Positions 19,081 to 27,101 of a stretch of DNA of 64,000 nucleotides are shown here, piece by piece. The DNA lies in sequence record MZ501058; one strand, 5' to 3'. The notes beneath the pieces were generated by a model. The model did not search any database and was not told the origin of the DNA. It saw only the letters and a list, made by a program, of their open reading frames with translations. A program made the translations under genes and the position numbers. How positions within the stretch are numbered: position 1 is the first letter of the stretch; each line of letters opens with the position of its first letter. Source of the stretch: Escherichia phage DaisyDussoix.

Positions 19081-19920
19081 AACAGCGAGCCGATTACGCT
19101 GAGTGAGTTTAGTGATTCCTAATAGGATAGCTATCCCACTGAATAGAGTCGGTGAGTTGGAGACTAGTAAGTACTCTTAGAGAGGCTACGAGCTAACGCT
19201 TATTGCTATTGATAGGGAACTGAAAATCTGCGGAAAACTCGGGAGCTGTCCCGAAATCTCGTAAACTCTTCTCTAGTTTATGTTAGTGGGGTGTCGAACT
19301 GACTTATGTGATAACACTGCCGTCCTAGTATAAACGGTAATATCAAACCGTAACTGGTGGAAGATGCAGGTTCGAATCCTGCGGTCGGAAAGAATCAGAT
19401 AACTCGGGCTTATACCGGATAAGCATTCGCTGCTGTAGTACATACTATGACGGTTCAGGAGGTACGCCGCCTGATCAGTATTAGGTTAGAATCGAAACAG
19501 CTAAACCACGAGGAAACCTGACGGCCTCAATCAAACTCGGAACTCGGGATCACTGCCTAGTGTGTGCCCCGTTTAACCTGAGACTAGGCATCCAGCTTCG
19601 CATCGAAAATCGGAGGTGCGATTCTAACAGACCGCGTGAATATGAGAGTGGGAAATGCTGACATGAGAGATGTCACTAATGGTGCCCAATAGTACAGGTA
19701 ATTCGCGATAATTCCTGTTGAGCGGCAGCAGTAGGCTGGGAGTCATGACCTAAGCCTAACCGAGTTCTTCACATACGGAGAACATAACCACAAAGTCACC
19801 CTGACTTAAACTGGAGGATATTATCTGACGGAAGGGCTGCAGAGCTTAATCTGAGGGGGCTGACCCTACCTACCGTCGGGTATCTTTAAGAGCTTTTATA
19901 AGAGTTCTTAAAAATACCTA
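19081..19920 (+). ncRNA. ORF-free transcribed block, candidate stable structured RNA(s) of unknown class
   Basis: 840 nt without ORF of 60 aa or more, directly downstream of a consensus T5-type promoter; many GC hairpins (GGATAGCTATCC, CGGGAGCTGTCCCG, GCCTAGT...ACTAGGC) and a tRNA-like T-arm at 19366-19382 that lacks a pairing acceptor strand. Confidence 0.3.
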
Positions 19921-19922
19921 AA

Positions 19923-19994
19923 CGGGGTGTAGTCTAAGGGATAGGCAGGAGTCTTCTAAATTCCTTTATGCAGGTTCGAATCCTGTCACCTCGG
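19923..19994 (+). tRNA. tRNA-Arg (anticodon UCU)
   Basis: Acceptor CGGGGTG/CACCTCG, loop CTTCTAA, T-arm GCAGG-TTCGAAT-CCTGT, encoded CCA. Confidence 0.8.
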
Positions 19995-20023
19995 CCAATT
20001 TTATTAACTGCTAGGAAAATAAA

Positions 20024-20224
20024 GTGAAAACACGATATATAGTAAAAGTAGTAGGTGAACATTCACAAGTAAATACCACCGATGTTACAGCGCTAGCATT
20101 TGAAGTAGTCTCCGGTATAGTCATATTTCATAACGGAGATATCAAAGCTCCTGAATTTGCTGTGGATGCTAGCCTGTTTATTTCTGCAACTAAAGTAACT
20201 GTAGTAGCTAACTCTTCTAAATAA
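20024..20224 (+). CDS. hypothetical small protein
   Basis: 66 aa ORF just after tRNA-Arg. Confidence 0.4.
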   Translation: MKTRYIVKVVGEHSQVNTTDVTALAFEVVSGIVIFHNGDIKAPEFAVDASLFISATKVTVVANSSK

Positions 20225-20235
20225 TAAGGAAATAT

Positions 20236-21180
20236 ATGTTTACTAAAAATATGAAAGAACTGACTTCTGAGCAAAAAGTAATTCGCACTATTAAACGTTG
20301 GGGTATTGGTGCTGTAGTTGGTTTAGCAGGTTTAATCCTAGCTTTTAATTCATATACTATTGTTTCTGATGGTACGGTTAAAACCCAAACATTTCTTGGT
20401 AAAGTAGATCCTAATCCAGTATTACCTGGTTTCCATCTTGTAAACCCATTTGCATCTTTCGATACTTTTAGTACAAAAGATATTGCTGTAAAATTAGATA
20501 AACTTCAGGTTCCTAGCCAGGATAAGTTTAAATCCACTGTTGACCTGACTGTTATGTTGCAGTTTGACGGTTCTAAGGCACCGATCAACCGTATTAATGC
20601 AGGTACTCAGGATCAGGCTCTAGATAAGTACGTAACTGAAAAATTACTGTCTACTATTCGTGAGTTTGGTAAGTCTGTACCTAAAGCACAAGATTTATTT
20701 GATGCTAAAATTCAGGCTCAATTGCAAACTGCAATTCAACAGGAAGTTGAAGAGTATGCACGCCCTTATGGTTACACAGTTAAGCAAGTGTTCCTTCAGG
20801 ATATTACGTTGCCACCGGTAATCATGGAACAGGTACAAAATACCAAAGTTCGTGAAGAACAGGTTAATGCTGCGAAAGCTGAGTTGGCTCGTGTTGAACA
20901 AGAAGCACAGCAGAAGGTTAAACAAGCAGAAGCAGATCGTGAAGCTCGTAACAACCAAGCTATTGCAAACGAACGTGATGCAGATGCTAAACTGTACGCA
21001 GCTAAGAAAGAAGCCGAAGCTAACGCCGCGCTGCAACGTACTATTACTCCTGAGATGATTCGCTGGAAACAACTAGAAGTTGAAATGATTCGTGCTCAGA
21101 AATATCAAGGTGGTGTACCGCAAACAGTGGTTGGCACTGGTTATGATGGCCAGATGATTATGGATATGCGTAACAAGTAA
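20236..21180 (+). CDS. SPFH/band-7 (prohibitin/HflK-like) membrane protein
   Basis: 314 aa; N-terminal TM segment, then SPFH-like core and long Ala/Gln/Glu-rich coiled-coil. Confidence 0.7.
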   Translation: MFTKNMKELTSEQKVIRTIKRWGIGAVVGLAGLILAFNSYTIVSDGTVKTQTFLGKVDPNPVLPGFHLVNPFASFDTFSTKDIAVKLDKLQVPSQDKFKSTVDLTVMLQFDGSKAPINRINAGTQDQALDKYVTEKLLSTIREFGKSVPKAQDLFDAKIQAQLQTAIQQEVEEYARPYGYTVKQVFLQDITLPPVIMEQVQNTKVREEQVNAAKAELARVEQEAQQKVKQAEADREARNNQAIANERDADAKLYAAKKEAEANAALQRTITPEMIRWKQLEVEMIRAQKYQGGVPQTVVGTGYDGQMIMDMRNK

Positions 21181-21204
21181 TATCCGCATGTAATCTCTGA
21201 AGTA

Positions 21205-21240
21205 AACCCTGTGTTCCCTGGAGAGCGCAGGGTTTTTCTG
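21205..21240 (+). terminator. rho-independent terminator after SPFH gene
   Basis: AACCCTG...CAGGGTTTTTCTG. Confidence 0.6.
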
Positions 21241-21275
21241 TATAACGTATTTATAAAATCAACTAGGAGATCAAA

Positions 21276-21795
21276 TATGAGTGTTGATGAGTTGACCCGG
21301 CACCTTCTATCTAGAGGGTTTGATACAGATAAATATCATTGCTGGTTAAGTCCGGAAGGATGGCTAACAGTCCCGTTGTATGATTTCTCTGGGATGTTGA
21401 GGGGCTATCAGACGTATAATCCTTCTGCTCCAAAAGGTCATGGTAAGTGTCCCTTTGAGGCTAAATATTTTACCTACTCTACTACCCAGTGTGTATGGGG
21501 ACTAGAAACTCTCAATGGAGATGAAAAAGTAGTATTGATTGCTGAATCTGTATTTAAGGCAGTTGCATTACATAATGCTGGTTATCCAGCCCTAGCAATG
21601 TTGGGTTCTACCCCAGGAAAAGCGTTATTAAAGCAACTGAAATTACTACCTTTTAAATTGGTAGCTGTCGGGGATAATGATCCTGCGGGTGAAAAATTTG
21701 CTAGAAAATTAAACGGCTTTGTTTCTCCTGTAGATGTGGATGAGATGTCTACCGAAAACTTGAAAAATTTTCTTGCTATGAAGCTAAATTTCTAA
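21276..21795 (+). CDS. Toprim-domain protein
   Basis: Internal ATG (MSVDELTRH) with AGGAGA RBS; VVLIAESVFKAVAL...VGDNDPAGEKFA resembles Toprim DxD region. Confidence 0.5.
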
Positions 21796-21801
21796 TATAA
21801 T
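21773..21801 (+). promoter_or_regulatory. T5-type early promoter driving the tRNA-Ser block
   Basis: TTCTTGCT ... CTAATATAATATATCTTATAAATTCGGAAG. Confidence 0.6.
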
Positions 21802-21816
21802 ATATCTTATAAATTC

Positions 21817-21902
21817 GGAAGAATAGCATAACGGTATTGCAGCAGATTGCTAATCTGTCGGTTTGAAATATAGCCTTGTGGGTTCGATTCCCACTTCTTC
21901 CG
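21817..21902 (+). tRNA. tRNA-Ser (anticodon GCU), type II
   Basis: Acceptor GGAAGAA/TTCTTCC, loop TTGCTAA, long variable arm, T-arm GTGGG-TTCGATT-CCCAC, CCA. Confidence 0.85.
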
Positions 21903-21911
21903 CCAAATTCT

Positions 21912-21986
21912 GGTTCTCAAGCTCATATGGTATGAGCACCCAGCTCATAACTGGAAGGTACGTAGGTTCGAATCCTCGGGGAGCCA
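21912..21986 (+). tRNA. tRNA-Met or Ile2 (anticodon CAU)
   Basis: Acceptor GGTTCTC/GGGAGCC with G-U pairs, D-stem GCTC/GAGC, loop CTCATAA, CCA; T-stem pairs imperfectly. Confidence 0.7.
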
Positions 21987-22009
21987 CCAACTTAATTAGG
22001 GGATTACAA

Positions 22010-22198
22010 GTGGAATTATACATAGTTTATGTTGTGTTTATTCAAGATAGAGAATACCCTGATGAATATAAAAAAGGATATAGGTTAGCCAGAGCTACCT
22101 CTGAAGCCCAAGCTATGGATAAAGTGGCAGATTATATGATTACGGTAGAAAACGTACACTATATCGACTACCTTGAGGCCTCAAAAGTAATTGACTAA
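22010..22198 (+). CDS. hypothetical small protein
   Basis: ORF 21863..22198 trimmed to a GTG start after the CAU tRNA, because its 5' part overlaps two tRNA genes. Confidence 0.3.
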   Translation: MELYIVYVVFIQDREYPDEYKKGYRLARATSEAQAMDKVADYMITVENVHYIDYLEASKVID

Positions 22199-22207
22199 GG
22201 AGACTAT

Positions 22208-22393
22208 ATGTCCAAGTTTCAAGAACTCAAGCAAGAGCTAGAAGAATGTGCCTGCCCTGAGTGTAGGGGAATTGGTGAAAGTTCTGATGCAGAAGCAGGA
22301 GATACTTTTTGCAATATCTGGGTTTGCCCAAATTGCAATGGTACAGGTATTAATCCTAACTGTGGTATTTCTCTAGATATTGAAAGAGGGTAA
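22208..22393 (+). CDS. Cys-rich zinc-ribbon-like small protein
   Basis: 61 aa with CxxC...CxxC pairs. Confidence 0.45.
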   Translation: MSKFQELKQELEECACPECRGIGESSDAEAGDTFCNIWVCPNCNGTGINPNCGISLDIERG

Positions 22394-22493
22394 TATCTGT
22401 GAAACTAAAAGATTATTATATTGGTTGGTTTGTGGGACTAGTAGTAGGATTTTCACTAGGCTATAATATGTATCAACTAATAAACTGATTACA

Positions 22494-22567
22494 CGGGGGT
22501 GTAATCGAATTGGCATAGGTACTGGACTTAAAATTCAGGTTTTGTGGGTTCGAATCCCACCACCCCT
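22494..22567 (+). tRNA. tRNA with anticodon UAA (Leu-like) and short variable arm
   Basis: Acceptor GGGGGTG/CACCCCT, anticodon stem CTGGA/TTCAG, loop CTTAAAA, T-arm GTGGG-TTCGAAT-CCCAC, CCA. Confidence 0.7.
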
Positions 22568-22586
22568 ACCAAATTAAGGAAATAAG

Positions 22587-22754
22587 ATGTATAGACCTCC
22601 ACCTCCGCCAACACGTCGTTCTAGAGAAGTTATCCTCATGGAATTGACTAAAAACTTCAAGGCAACTCTTGAAGATAGAGATTTAGGCACGGATGAAGAC
22701 ATTGATTTTATTTGTAGACTATTAAAGATGAAACTGGAGAAACAACATGGCTAA
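22587..22754 (+). CDS. hypothetical Pro-rich small protein
   Basis: About 55 aa (MYRPPPPPTRRS...) with AAGGAAA RBS right after a tRNA; below ORF-track cutoff. Confidence 0.3.
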   Translation: MYRPPPPPTRRSREVILMELTKNFKATLEDRDLGTDEDIDFICRLLKMKLEKQHG

Positions 22755-22953
22755 TCCTGAAATTACCGCACAACGTTTCATGCTTAAAGGCATGATTGCT
22801 GAAGCAGGTATGACTCAAGAGGTTGCAGACTTTCATAAGCAAATTCTTGATATTATAACCCTAGCTAAAGAGACTGGAGAAAAAGAGCACGCAGCAGCAA
22901 TTATGGCTATATCTCTTATTAGTCTAGACTTGGCTGAAGAATCTGGAGTTTAG
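22747..22953 (+). CDS. hypothetical small protein
   Basis: 68 aa ORF. Confidence 0.45.
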   Translation: MANPEITAQRFMLKGMIAEAGMTQEVADFHKQILDIITLAKETGEKEHAAAIMAISLISLDLAEESGV

Positions 22954-22983
22954 CTCCTCCAAATAGAATTTTTAAAAATGTAC

Positions 22984-23013
22984 TTGCCTTTTGCTTTAAA
23001 TTTCTGATATAAT
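22984..23013 (+). promoter_or_regulatory. T5-type early promoter
   Basis: TACTTGCC ... TCTGATATAATAGTTATATAAATTGATGAAGGAG. Confidence 0.65.
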
Positions 23014-23043
23014 AGTTATATAAATTGATGAAGGAGTTAACTA

Positions 23044-23319
23044 ATGCAAAATCGTGTTATAGCAACTGGTATTGAAAGTGCAATCTGTAAATCCTGGGAA
23101 GGCTGGGAAGGTGAGATTGAATGGCTTTATTTCTACGATGTAGAACTTCTGCCGGAAGTTAAAGCTAAATGTGTTGAAGCTGGAATGGCTCCAGATGCAA
23201 AAGCTGATATTGATATTTCAATGTCTGAACTTAAAGGCCGTGTAATTACTGTTAGTGATGAGGGTGAAGAAGTTTTCGAACTTCCATTCTCCTTAACTGT
23301 CACTCCTAAGTTCGACTAA
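23044..23319 (+). CDS. hypothetical acidic protein
   Basis: 91 aa ORF with AAGGAG RBS. Confidence 0.5.
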   Translation: MQNRVIATGIESAICKSWEGWEGEIEWLYFYDVELLPEVKAKCVEAGMAPDAKADIDISMSELKGRVITVSDEGEEVFELPFSLTVTPKFD

Positions 23320-23354
23320 CTAATACAGCACTGAGCAAGTTCTTTAAAATTTGA

Positions 23355-23384
23355 CTTGCTCAGTGCCTTAAAACTTGGTATAAT
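23355..23384 (+). promoter_or_regulatory. T5-type early promoter driving the Tyr-Glu-Trp-Phe tRNA block
   Basis: TTGACTTGCT ... TTGGTATAATAGTTATCTAATTTGGAA. Confidence 0.65.
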
Positions 23385-23447
23385 AGTTATCTAATTTGGA
23401 AACATATTTAAAAGTGTTTAAACTAGTATTTTAGTACTTTTAAATAT

Positions 23448-23524
23448 GTTGGATTAGTATCGTAGAGGTAGCGAAGCAGACTGTAAATCTGCCGACTCGG
23501 GTGGTTCGACTCCATCATCCAACA
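23448..23524 (+). tRNA. tRNA-Tyr (anticodon GUA)
   Basis: Acceptor GTTGGAT/ATCCAAC, stem GCAGA/TCTGC, loop CTGTAAA, T-loop TTCGACT, CCA. Confidence 0.8.
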
Positions 23525-23534
23525 CCAAATTTAA

Positions 23535-23608
23535 GTCCTGTTAGACAAACTGGTAAAGTCACTACCCTTTCAAGGTAGGATTTGCGGGTTCGATCCCCGC
23601 ACAGGACG
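23535..23608 (+). tRNA. tRNA-Glu (anticodon UUC)
   Basis: Acceptor GTCCTGT/ACAGGAC, stem CTACC/GGTAG, loop CTTTCAA, T-arm GCGGG-TTCGATC-CCCGC, CCA. Confidence 0.85.
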
Positions 23609-23620
23609 CCAATTTCTGCA

Positions 23621-23693
23621 TTCCTAGAGTGTTACTGGACAGCATGTCGGTCTCCAAAACCGTACGGTCTAGGTTCGAGTCCTAGTAGGTTTG
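23621..23693 (+). tRNA. tRNA-Trp (anticodon CCA), acceptor stem with 5'-end mismatches
   Basis: D-stem TGTT/AGCA, loop CTCCAAA, T-arm CTAGG-TTCGAGT-CCTAG, CCA; positions 1-2 appear unpaired in my reading. Confidence 0.55.
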
Positions 23694-23702
23694 CCAAAAT
23701 TT

Positions 23703-23774
23703 GCACCTTTAGCTGAGATGGATTAGCGCTTGCCTGAAGAGCTTGAGAGGTTCGTTCGATACGAACAGGGTGCA
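23703..23774 (+). tRNA. tRNA, probably Phe (GAA); anticodon arm ambiguous
   Basis: Acceptor GCACCTT/AGGGTGC, T-arm GTTCG-TTCGATA-CGAAC, CCA; loop CTGAAGA gives GAA with weak stem, alternative register gives CUG. Confidence 0.6.
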
Positions 23775-23779
23775 CCAAA

Positions 23780-24067
23780 TTGAAGGAGCTGCTGATGCAT
23801 CCTGAAAACTTCTTTATTTACTGCGCGGATAAGTCGCTGAAACGTAGAATTAACAAAGTCTATCATTATCGTGCTAGTCAACAGCCTTATGTATACGCTT
23901 TTGACGGTAATCACATTCCATTAGAACAATTATCCTGTGATTACATGATATTGAAGAACTTTGACGAGACAAAGATCTCAAGCGTTCACAATCGACAGAA
24001 TCCATTAACGTGGAAACATAAGAAGAAAAAGAAAGGTATCAAATTCTTAAAAAATGTAGTTGCTTAG
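23780..24067 (+). CDS. hypothetical protein
   Basis: 95 aa ORF with AAGGAG RBS after the tRNA block. Confidence 0.45.
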   Translation: MKELLMHPENFFIYCADKSLKRRINKVYHYRASQQPYVYAFDGNHIPLEQLSCDYMILKNFDETKISSVHNRQNPLTWKHKKKKKGIKFLKNVVA

Positions 24068-24088
24068 TTTCCAAAAGTTCTGTATAAT
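24060..24088 (+). promoter_or_regulatory. T5-type early promoter
   Basis: GTAGTTGCTT ... TCTGTATAATAATTACATAAATTGAACTGGAG. Confidence 0.65.
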
Positions 24089-24136
24089 AATTACATAAAT
24101 TGAACTGGAGAAGCAACATGACAGAACAAGATAAAC

Positions 24137-24209
24137 CGACCGTTGGCTGAATGGCTTAGGCGAAGGATTGCAAATCCTTTTTATGTGAGTTCAAATCTCA
24201 TGCGGTCGT
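24137..24209 (+). tRNA. tRNA-Cys (anticodon GCA)
   Basis: Acceptor CGACCGT/GCGGTCG, stem AAGGA/TCCTT, loop TTGCAAA, T-loop TTCAAAT, CCA. Confidence 0.8.
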
Positions 24210-24233
24210 CCAAATTACTAAAGGAAAGAAGTA

Positions 24234-24752
24234 GTGCATACAAAAGTTTTTGATAGTTTGGTAAAGAAAGGCGTTGTTACTAATGAGCCCTTCTGTATAA
24301 CCGCAGAACTAATCCAAAGATTTATGGAAGAATATATAAATCTTTCAGGAACCAATGGTAACACCAAAAAGAATACAAATACTATGTATTCGAGAAAACT
24401 TGCTGCACTTTCCTTTATAAAGTTTAAGCAGGAAAATAAACTTCCTATTTCTGAAGGTTTTGTATACTGTATTAGTAATCCTGCATGGAAAAATCAGTAT
24501 AAAATAGGTATGAGTCAAAATCCGAAGGAGAGATTAGCTCAATATCAGACTTATTCCCCTTATAGGGATTATAAGTTAGAGCATTGGTCTTTTTGGTTTG
24601 ACAAACGAAAAGGTGAAAAACTAATTCACCAGTATTTCAAAGATTTAAAAGAACATGAGTGGTTTAGTATAAATTCTAGGGATCTTAGTAAATATCTAGG
24701 ACGTATTAACTCTAGTTCTGACTTATATGGTTCCTTAGCTCTAATTGGTTAG
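24234..24752 (+). CDS. T5orf172-domain (GIY-YIG-related) protein, putative homing endonuclease
   Basis: 172 aa; GFVYCISNPAWKNQYKIGMSQNPKERLAQYQTYSP matches the T5orf172/MUG113 core; 3' end overlaps tRNA-Asn. Confidence 0.75.
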   Translation: MHTKVFDSLVKKGVVTNEPFCITAELIQRFMEEYINLSGTNGNTKKNTNTMYSRKLAALSFIKFKQENKLPISEGFVYCISNPAWKNQYKIGMSQNPKERLAQYQTYSPYRDYKLEHWSFWFDKRKGEKLIHQYFKDLKEHEWFSINSRDLSKYLGRINSSSDLYGSLALIG

Positions 24753-24803
24753 AGCGGCATCTTGTTAAGTTGAGGGTTGCTGGTTCGAATCCAGCAGGAA
24801 CCG
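24729..24803 (+). tRNA. tRNA-Asn (anticodon GUU), weak anticodon stem
   Basis: Acceptor GGTTCCT/AGGAACC, D-stem GCTC/GAGC, loop TTGTTAA, T-arm GCTGG-TTCGAAT-CCAGC, CCA; overlaps 3' end of T5orf172 ORF. Confidence 0.7.
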
Positions 24804-24908
24804 CCAAATTCTGTGTAGAGTTAAGTAAACCGGTAGCCAACCAGCTATCATTGCTGACATCGAATTCAGCCACAGATACCATTTTCATTAATAACTGAGG
24901 AAACAAGC

Positions 24909-25094
24909 ATGTCCAAGAATGTGATTGCGCAGCTAGAAGTTCATCGTGATAGCACTATCAACAACATTGAAGTTGAAAAGAAATACATCGAAGAACTTAA
25001 ACATGATATACTAGTAAGTCTCAACCGTCTTAATGTACGAAAAGAGTTTCTTAAAGAACTTAATGCAGCTATTGAAAAACTCAAAGCTGAGTAA
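24909..25094 (+). CDS. hypothetical small protein
   Basis: 61 aa ORF. Confidence 0.4.
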   Translation: MSKNVIAQLEVHRDSTINNIEVEKKYIEELKHDILVSLNRLNVRKEFLKELNAAIEKLKAE

Positions 25095-25103
25095 ATAAAT
25101 TAT

Positions 25104-25177
25104 GCGACCGGGGCTGGCTTGGTAATGGTACTCCCCTGTCACGGGAGGGAATGTGGGTTCAAATCCCATCGGTCGCG
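25104..25177 (+). tRNA. tRNA-Asp (anticodon GUC)
   Basis: Acceptor GCGACCG/CGGTCGC, stem CTCCC/GGGAG, loop CTGTCAC, T-loop TTCAAAT, CCA. Confidence 0.85.
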
Positions 25178-25205
25178 CCAAATTAATTTAGTATGAGAAT
25201 ATACT

Positions 25206-25553
25206 ATGCGTAATGCAAAAGAAGAGCTGTTACTTGCCTTAAAAAATACTAATTCTGAAGTTAAATGTATTAAAATAGAATTCGGGTATTATGGGGATAA
25301 AAAAGTTTGGGTATTGCCTTTAGGTTACACAGAAGAAGATATTGAGGATTTTCTTAATAACCTAGACTTTAAATATGACTCTGGATATGGTGGACAATTA
25401 CTTTATGGTAATGTATGGTTTGCCGATGGAACTTGGTTAGAACGTGGTGAATATGATGGTTCTGAATGGTGGGAATATAAGGCTACACCAGCAATCCCAG
25501 AAGAATGCCGAACAATTAATGGTGAAGTAGATAATACTTTACGGTTAAACTAA
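25206..25553 (+). CDS. hypothetical protein
   Basis: 115 aa ORF. Confidence 0.5.
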   Translation: MRNAKEELLLALKNTNSEVKCIKIEFGYYGDKKVWVLPLGYTEEDIEDFLNNLDFKYDSGYGGQLLYGNVWFADGTWLERGEYDGSEWWEYKATPAIPEECRTINGEVDNTLRLN

Positions 25554-25561
25554 TAAAATTT

Positions 25562-25672
25562 CAGTGCAGAACACGGAGCTAGCAATTAGGAAGTGCTGAC
25601 TCATGATAAGCTGCCTATGTACTTGCAAAGCGGTCGTGTCCAAGACTCGGACTCTTGCACTGAAAACAATCA
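25562..25672 (+). ncRNA. structured RNA candidate closed by 8-bp terminal stem
   Basis: 5' TCAGTGCA pairs with 3' TGCACTGA enclosing about 95 nt; no ORF; no canonical T-loop. Confidence 0.3.
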
Positions 25673-25674
25673 AA

Positions 25675-25788
25675 CATTCTAGCGTGGTTGATGGGGAAAC
25701 CAGCTTGGCTAGGGCAGAAGCTCGTTCGATTCGAGTGAAAGAATGGTTCTCGTAAGTCCGCACAAGTGATAATAGGTTCGAGTCCTGT
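25675..25788 (+). ncRNA. tRNA-like structured RNA candidate (two T-arm-like hairpins, 7-bp closing stem)
   Basis: 5' ATTCTAG pairs with 3' CTAGAAT; internal CTCG-TTCGATT-CGAG and ATAGG-TTCGAGT-CCTGT hairpins; too long for a tRNA. Confidence 0.3.
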
Positions 25789-25805
25789 CTAGAATGACAC
25801 TATAA

Positions 25806-25930
25806 AGTTTACTTATTATGTAGGTTCCGATAGATCGGAGGGTCTATTCTGGCATTTAAGAGAGGTCTCGCAAACGTCTTTGTCAGCCGTGGGGTTGGTA
25901 GCCTCCAGGTGGCCTACACAATAAGTAAAT
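25806..25930 (+). ncRNA. structured RNA candidate closed by about 16-bp terminal stem
   Basis: 5' TTACTTATTATGTAGG pairs with 3' CCTACACAATAAGTAA with one mismatch; no ORF. Confidence 0.3.
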
Positions 25931-25945
25931 TTATTAAAAATTCAT

Positions 25946-25974
25946 TTGCTATTCTGCTTTATTATCTGTATAAT
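25946..25974 (+). promoter_or_regulatory. T5-type early promoter (HNH gene 26007)
   Basis: AAAATTCATTTGCT ... TCTGTATAATATATTTTATAAAGTGAAGAG. Confidence 0.7.
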
Positions 25975-26006
25975 ATATTTTATAAAGTGAAGAGAAGGAA
26001 AGCTAA

Positions 26007-26582
26007 ATGGAAGGATTTAAGCCAATACCCGAGTATCCAGAATACTTAGTATCTGAGAAGGGAGAAATATACTCTACTATCAGTAATAAATATCTAAAAC
26101 CTACTATAAACGGAAAAGGCTATTACCACTTTGCAGTACGTGAAGATACTAATAAGTATAAATGGCTCCAGCTGCACAGAGTCATATGCAGAGTTTATGG
26201 CAATCTCCCCTCTTTAGATAGTGAAATGGAAGTAGATCATAATGATCGTAATAAGCTTAATATACTCCCTAGTAATTTAGTTGCCAGAGAGAAGAAAGAT
26301 CATTATGATAAAACTACACTGGAGAGAGGAAAAACTATAGGGGGCACTAGATGTATAGTCTGTAATAAGAGGATACACTCTGGTCGAGAATACTGTATAA
26401 ATTGCAGCCCAGTTAAACAGACTAAATCTCCAGAGATTACCGCAGAACAGATAGAATATTGGGTATCAAAGTATTCCTGGACTAGAGCTGCAAAAGAGTT
26501 AAATTTATCTGATAATGGTCTACGAAAACGGTATACTAAATTAACAGGTAAATCCCCAAAAGAAATTAAAAAATCAGGGTAA
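26007..26582 (+). CDS. HNH homing endonuclease, family B
   Basis: 191 aa; N-terminal PEYPEYLVSEKGEIYS module, EVDHNDRNKLN HNH motif, CxxC...CxxC Zn site; paralogs at 27903 and 29338. Confidence 0.85.
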   Translation: MEGFKPIPEYPEYLVSEKGEIYSTISNKYLKPTINGKGYYHFAVREDTNKYKWLQLHRVICRVYGNLPSLDSEMEVDHNDRNKLNILPSNLVAREKKDHYDKTTLERGKTIGGTRCIVCNKRIHSGREYCINCSPVKQTKSPEITAEQIEYWVSKYSWTRAAKELNLSDNGLRKRYTKLTGKSPKEIKKSG

Positions 26583-26649
26583 GGGCGATAAGGTACGCCA
26601 CCTCGTTTGGGGTGAGGAAATCTTTAGAGTTCGAGTCCTGCCGCACTGA
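26575..26649 (+). tRNA. tRNA-Pro (anticodon UGG)-like; acceptor and T-stem imperfect
   Basis: D-arm GGCG-ATAAGGTA-CGCC, stem CCTCG/TGAGG, loop TTTGGGG, CCA present; acceptor has two mismatches; overlaps HNH ORF end. Confidence 0.45.
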
Positions 26650-26658
26650 CCAAACAAC

Positions 26659-26733
26659 TGCGGGTTAGATCTCTGGTAGAGATCGCTAGTCTCATAAGCT
26701 AGAAAGAGGTAGGTTCGATTCCTGCACCCGCTT
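26659..26733 (+). tRNA. tRNA-Met (anticodon CAU) with 1-72 mismatch
   Basis: Acceptor TGCGGGT/ACCCGCT, D-stem GATC/GATC, stem CTAGT/GCTAG, loop CTCATAA, T-arm GTAGG-TTCGATT-CCTGC, CCA. Confidence 0.7.
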
Positions 26734-26756
26734 CCACTTTAATAGAGGATTTCGAA

Positions 26757-26924
26757 ATGAAAGTATTTCGATTAGTAGTAAGTGACAAACGTTTAGGTAA
26801 TAATACATCAAAATCCTTACTCGCTCATTACGGTAAAAATTGGGATGAAGTAATGGCAGAGTTTAGTACTAATCACCCTTACTTGAAAGTTCACTCTATT
26901 AAAGAAGTGTACAATGGTTACTAA
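26757..26924 (+). CDS. hypothetical small protein
   Basis: About 55 aa ORF (MKVFRLVVSDKRLG...) between tRNA genes; below ORF-track cutoff. Confidence 0.3.
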   Translation: MKVFRLVVSDKRLGNNTSKSLLAHYGKNWDEVMAEFSTNHPYLKVHSIKEVYNGY

Positions 26925-26925
26925 T

Positions 26926-27001
26926 AGATCGCTAGCTCAATAGGTTTAGTAGCATCCGACTTTTAATCGGAAGGTTCTGGGTTCGAGTCCCAGGCGATCT
27001 A
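26926..27001 (+). tRNA. tRNA-Lys (anticodon UUU)
   Basis: Acceptor AGATCGC/GCGATCT, stem TCCGA/TCGGA, loop CTTTTAA, T-arm CTGGG-TTCGAGT-CCCAG, CCA. Confidence 0.85.
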
Positions 27002-27008
27002 CCAAATT

Positions 27009-27079
27009 GCTCGGTTAGTTTAATGGGAGAACCCCGTCTTTACACGGCGGTTGAGATAGTTCAATTCTATCACCGAGTA
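27009..27079 (+). tRNA. tRNA-Val (anticodon UAC)
   Basis: Acceptor GCTCGGT/ACCGAGT, stem CCGTC/GGCGG, loop TTTACAC, T-arm GATAG-TTCAATT-CTATC, CCA. Confidence 0.8.
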
Positions 27080-27101
27080 CCAATTAACTCAAAATAAGGA
27101 A

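Noticed and set aside
19316-19390. tRNA gene at the T-arm GCAGG-TTCGAAT-CCTGC
   Set aside because: No complementary 5' acceptor strand, no anticodon arm and no CCA could be found; kept only as part of the ncRNA candidate block.
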